Positions 62,488-64,000 of a stretch of DNA of 64,000 nucleotides are shown here, piece after piece. The position numbers and the translations under genes were made by a program. Below the pieces are notes generated by a model, which did no database searches, was not told the origin of the DNA, and saw only the letters and a list, made by a program, of their open reading frames with translations. The DNA lies in NCBI GenBank assembly GCA_963789395.1, contig CAWBKP010000024.1:32001-96000 (forward strand), written 5' to 3'. The stretch is from an uncultured delta proteobacterium (GTDB lineage: Bacteria; Desulfobacterota; Desulfobacteria; Desulfobacterales; Desulfatirhabdiaceae). Within the stretch, counting starts at the first letter, position 1. Every line of letters starts with the position of its first letter.

Positions 62488-63816
62488 TTAATATTCCTGC
62501 ATGTATCCGTAGCCGTGTTCTCCGTGGATGGACCTGTCGAGTCCGGCCAGTTCCGATTCCGGAGCAATGCGGAAGCCGACGGTGTTTTCCACAAGCCAGC
62601 AGATTGCCAGGGTCCCGAGCACAGCAAACAGGATGGTAACGCCGATGCCCATCAACTGGATCCCAAGCTGATCCCAGATTGTCCAGGCTTTTCCGGCAGC
62701 CGCTGCTGCACCCTGCATCCAGCTGTCCCGGATGAAAAAAGAGAGCAGGATAACTCCCAGGCCGCTTCCAACACCGTGTATGCCGAAACAGTCCAGGCTG
62801 TCGTCGTAGCCGATTTTGGATTTTGCAACCAGCGCATAAAAGCAGACAATGGCGGAGAGCGCGCCCAGTACAAAGGCGCCGAAGGGCAGGACAACCCCTG
62901 CAGCCGGCGTGATGGCGACCAGGCCGGCCAGAATACCGGATGCAAACCCTAAAGCTGTGGCCTTTCGAAATTTGATGGCCTCGATGATGAGCCAGGTAAG
63001 TGCGCCGCTGGCGGCGGAAATCTGGGTCATGGTCAGGGCTCTGGCCGTATCCAGGCCGCTGTGGACCGTGGAGCCGGCATTGAACCCGAACCAGCCGACC
63101 CACAACAGGCCAGCGCCGGTCAGCGTCATGACCAGATTGTTAGGGGCCACGGGGTTTTTGGGATAGCCTTGACGGGGGCCCAGAAAAATGGCGACCATCA
63201 GTGCGCTGAATCCGGCGGAAACATGAATCACCAGGCCGCCCGCCAGGTCAATGACGCCGCCTGCGCCGGCATTGAAAAGCCAACCGTCCGATGCCCAGAC
63301 CCAGTGACACAGCGGGCAGTAAATAATCAGCATCCACAGAACGATGAATGCGATATAGCCTCGAAAATACACCCGTTCCGCCAGGGCTCCGCTGATCAGC
63401 GCCGGAGCAATGATCGCGAATTTGCCCTGGAACATGGCCAGCACGTATTCGGGCACGCCTTTTACAATTGTGTCATCTATTCCCCGGAGAAAAAAATAGT
63501 CGCTGTTCCATCCTGCAAAACCGCCCAGAATACTGGAGCCGAATGCGATGCTGTAACCGCAGACAACCCAGATGACGCCAATGACGGCCATGGCAACAAA
63601 ACTGTGCATCATGGTGCTGAGTACGTTCTTGGTCCGCACCAGCCCGCCGTAGAACATGGCCAGACCCGGAACCATCAGCAGCACCAGGGCGGTTGAGGTC
63701 AGCATCCATGCCGTTGTACCGGAATCAACCGGTGCGGCTTCGGCTGCGTGGATCAATTGAGGAAACGCTTCGACACTGCCGGATACGATAGCGGTCAGCC
63801 AGATCTTGTTTTTCAT
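62488..63816 (-). CDS. amtB: Ammonium transporter
   Basis: PGLAMFYGG, FQGKFA, HWVW, DLAGGLVIH, LWVGWFGFNAGS, GLVAITP, DDSLDCFGIHG (both pore His retained). Confidence 0.96.
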   Translation of the reverse strand: MKNKIWLTAIVSGSVEAFPQLIHAAEAAPVDSGTTAWMLTSTALVLLMVPGLAMFYGGLVRTKNVLSTMMHSFVAMAVIGVIWVVCGYSIAFGSSILGGFAGWNSDYFFLRGIDDTIVKGVPEYVLAMFQGKFAIIAPALISGALAERVYFRGYIAFIVLWMLIIYCPLCHWVWASDGWLFNAGAGGVIDLAGGLVIHVSAGFSALMVAIFLGPRQGYPKNPVAPNNLVMTLTGAGLLWVGWFGFNAGSTVHSGLDTARALTMTQISAASGALTWLIIEAIKFRKATALGFASGILAGLVAITPAAGVVLPFGAFVLGALSAIVCFYALVAKSKIGYDDSLDCFGIHGVGSGLGVILLSFFIRDSWMQGAAAAAGKAWTIWDQLGIQLMGIGVTILFAVLGTLAICWLVENTVGFRIAPESELAGLDRSIHGEHGYGYMQEY

Positions 63817-63878
63817 TCATTTCTCCCGAACTGTTAGTTTGTTTTCAAACCGGTTTAATAGTAATCAGAATGATGTAT

Positions 63879-63894
63879 TGCAATTGAAATGCCA
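63879..63894 (-). promoter_or_regulatory. Sigma54 (-24/-12) promoter of amtB
   Basis: Minus strand TGGCAT-TTCAA-TTGCA, near consensus, about 60 nt upstream of the amtB ATG. Confidence 0.8.
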
Positions 63895-64000
63895 CATATA
63901 TTCGGAAACGCATATGACAACATTATCTAATAATATCAAATTTATAAATATATCAACTGAAAGCTGCGACAGAGAAAGGAAAGCCAGTAAATTACGTATA

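Overview
Chromosomal window from an anaerobic deltaproteobacterium; a Desulfobacterales-like sulfate reducer or syntroph is inferred from the hdr/mvhD/ahbB/DUF3786/split purH gene content. Positions 1-14.5 kb hold mixed metabolic and sensory genes (3' end of a KamA-family gene, mdh, CoA-disulfide reductase, hrpB, HDOD-GAF, mscL). Positions 14.7-34.5 kb hold a redox/signalling locus: REC-PAS kinase, PAS-PAS sigma54 activator, a pseudo-receiver, an hdrL-like hdrA, mvhD, an fdhB-like gene, a second hdrA, hdrC, hdrB, a haem-c-motif membrane kinase and a REC-kinase. Positions 36.9-64 kb are mostly housekeeping (mtnA, ahbB, rne/rng, purB, yajC-secDF, dprA-topA, split purH, comEC, amtB). The most striking feature is the second HdrA: a tandem flavoprotein with an intact two-component receiver domain inserted into it. 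It is the only phosphorylatable non-kinase receiver in a locus with three histidine kinases, which suggests phosphorylation-gated flavin-based electron bifurcation. About ten single-base frameshifts, several in housekeeping genes, probably reflect assembly indel errors, so genes were reconstructed across them. No rRNA, tRNA, CRISPR array or transposase was recognised. All calls come from reading motifs by eye; no database search was run.
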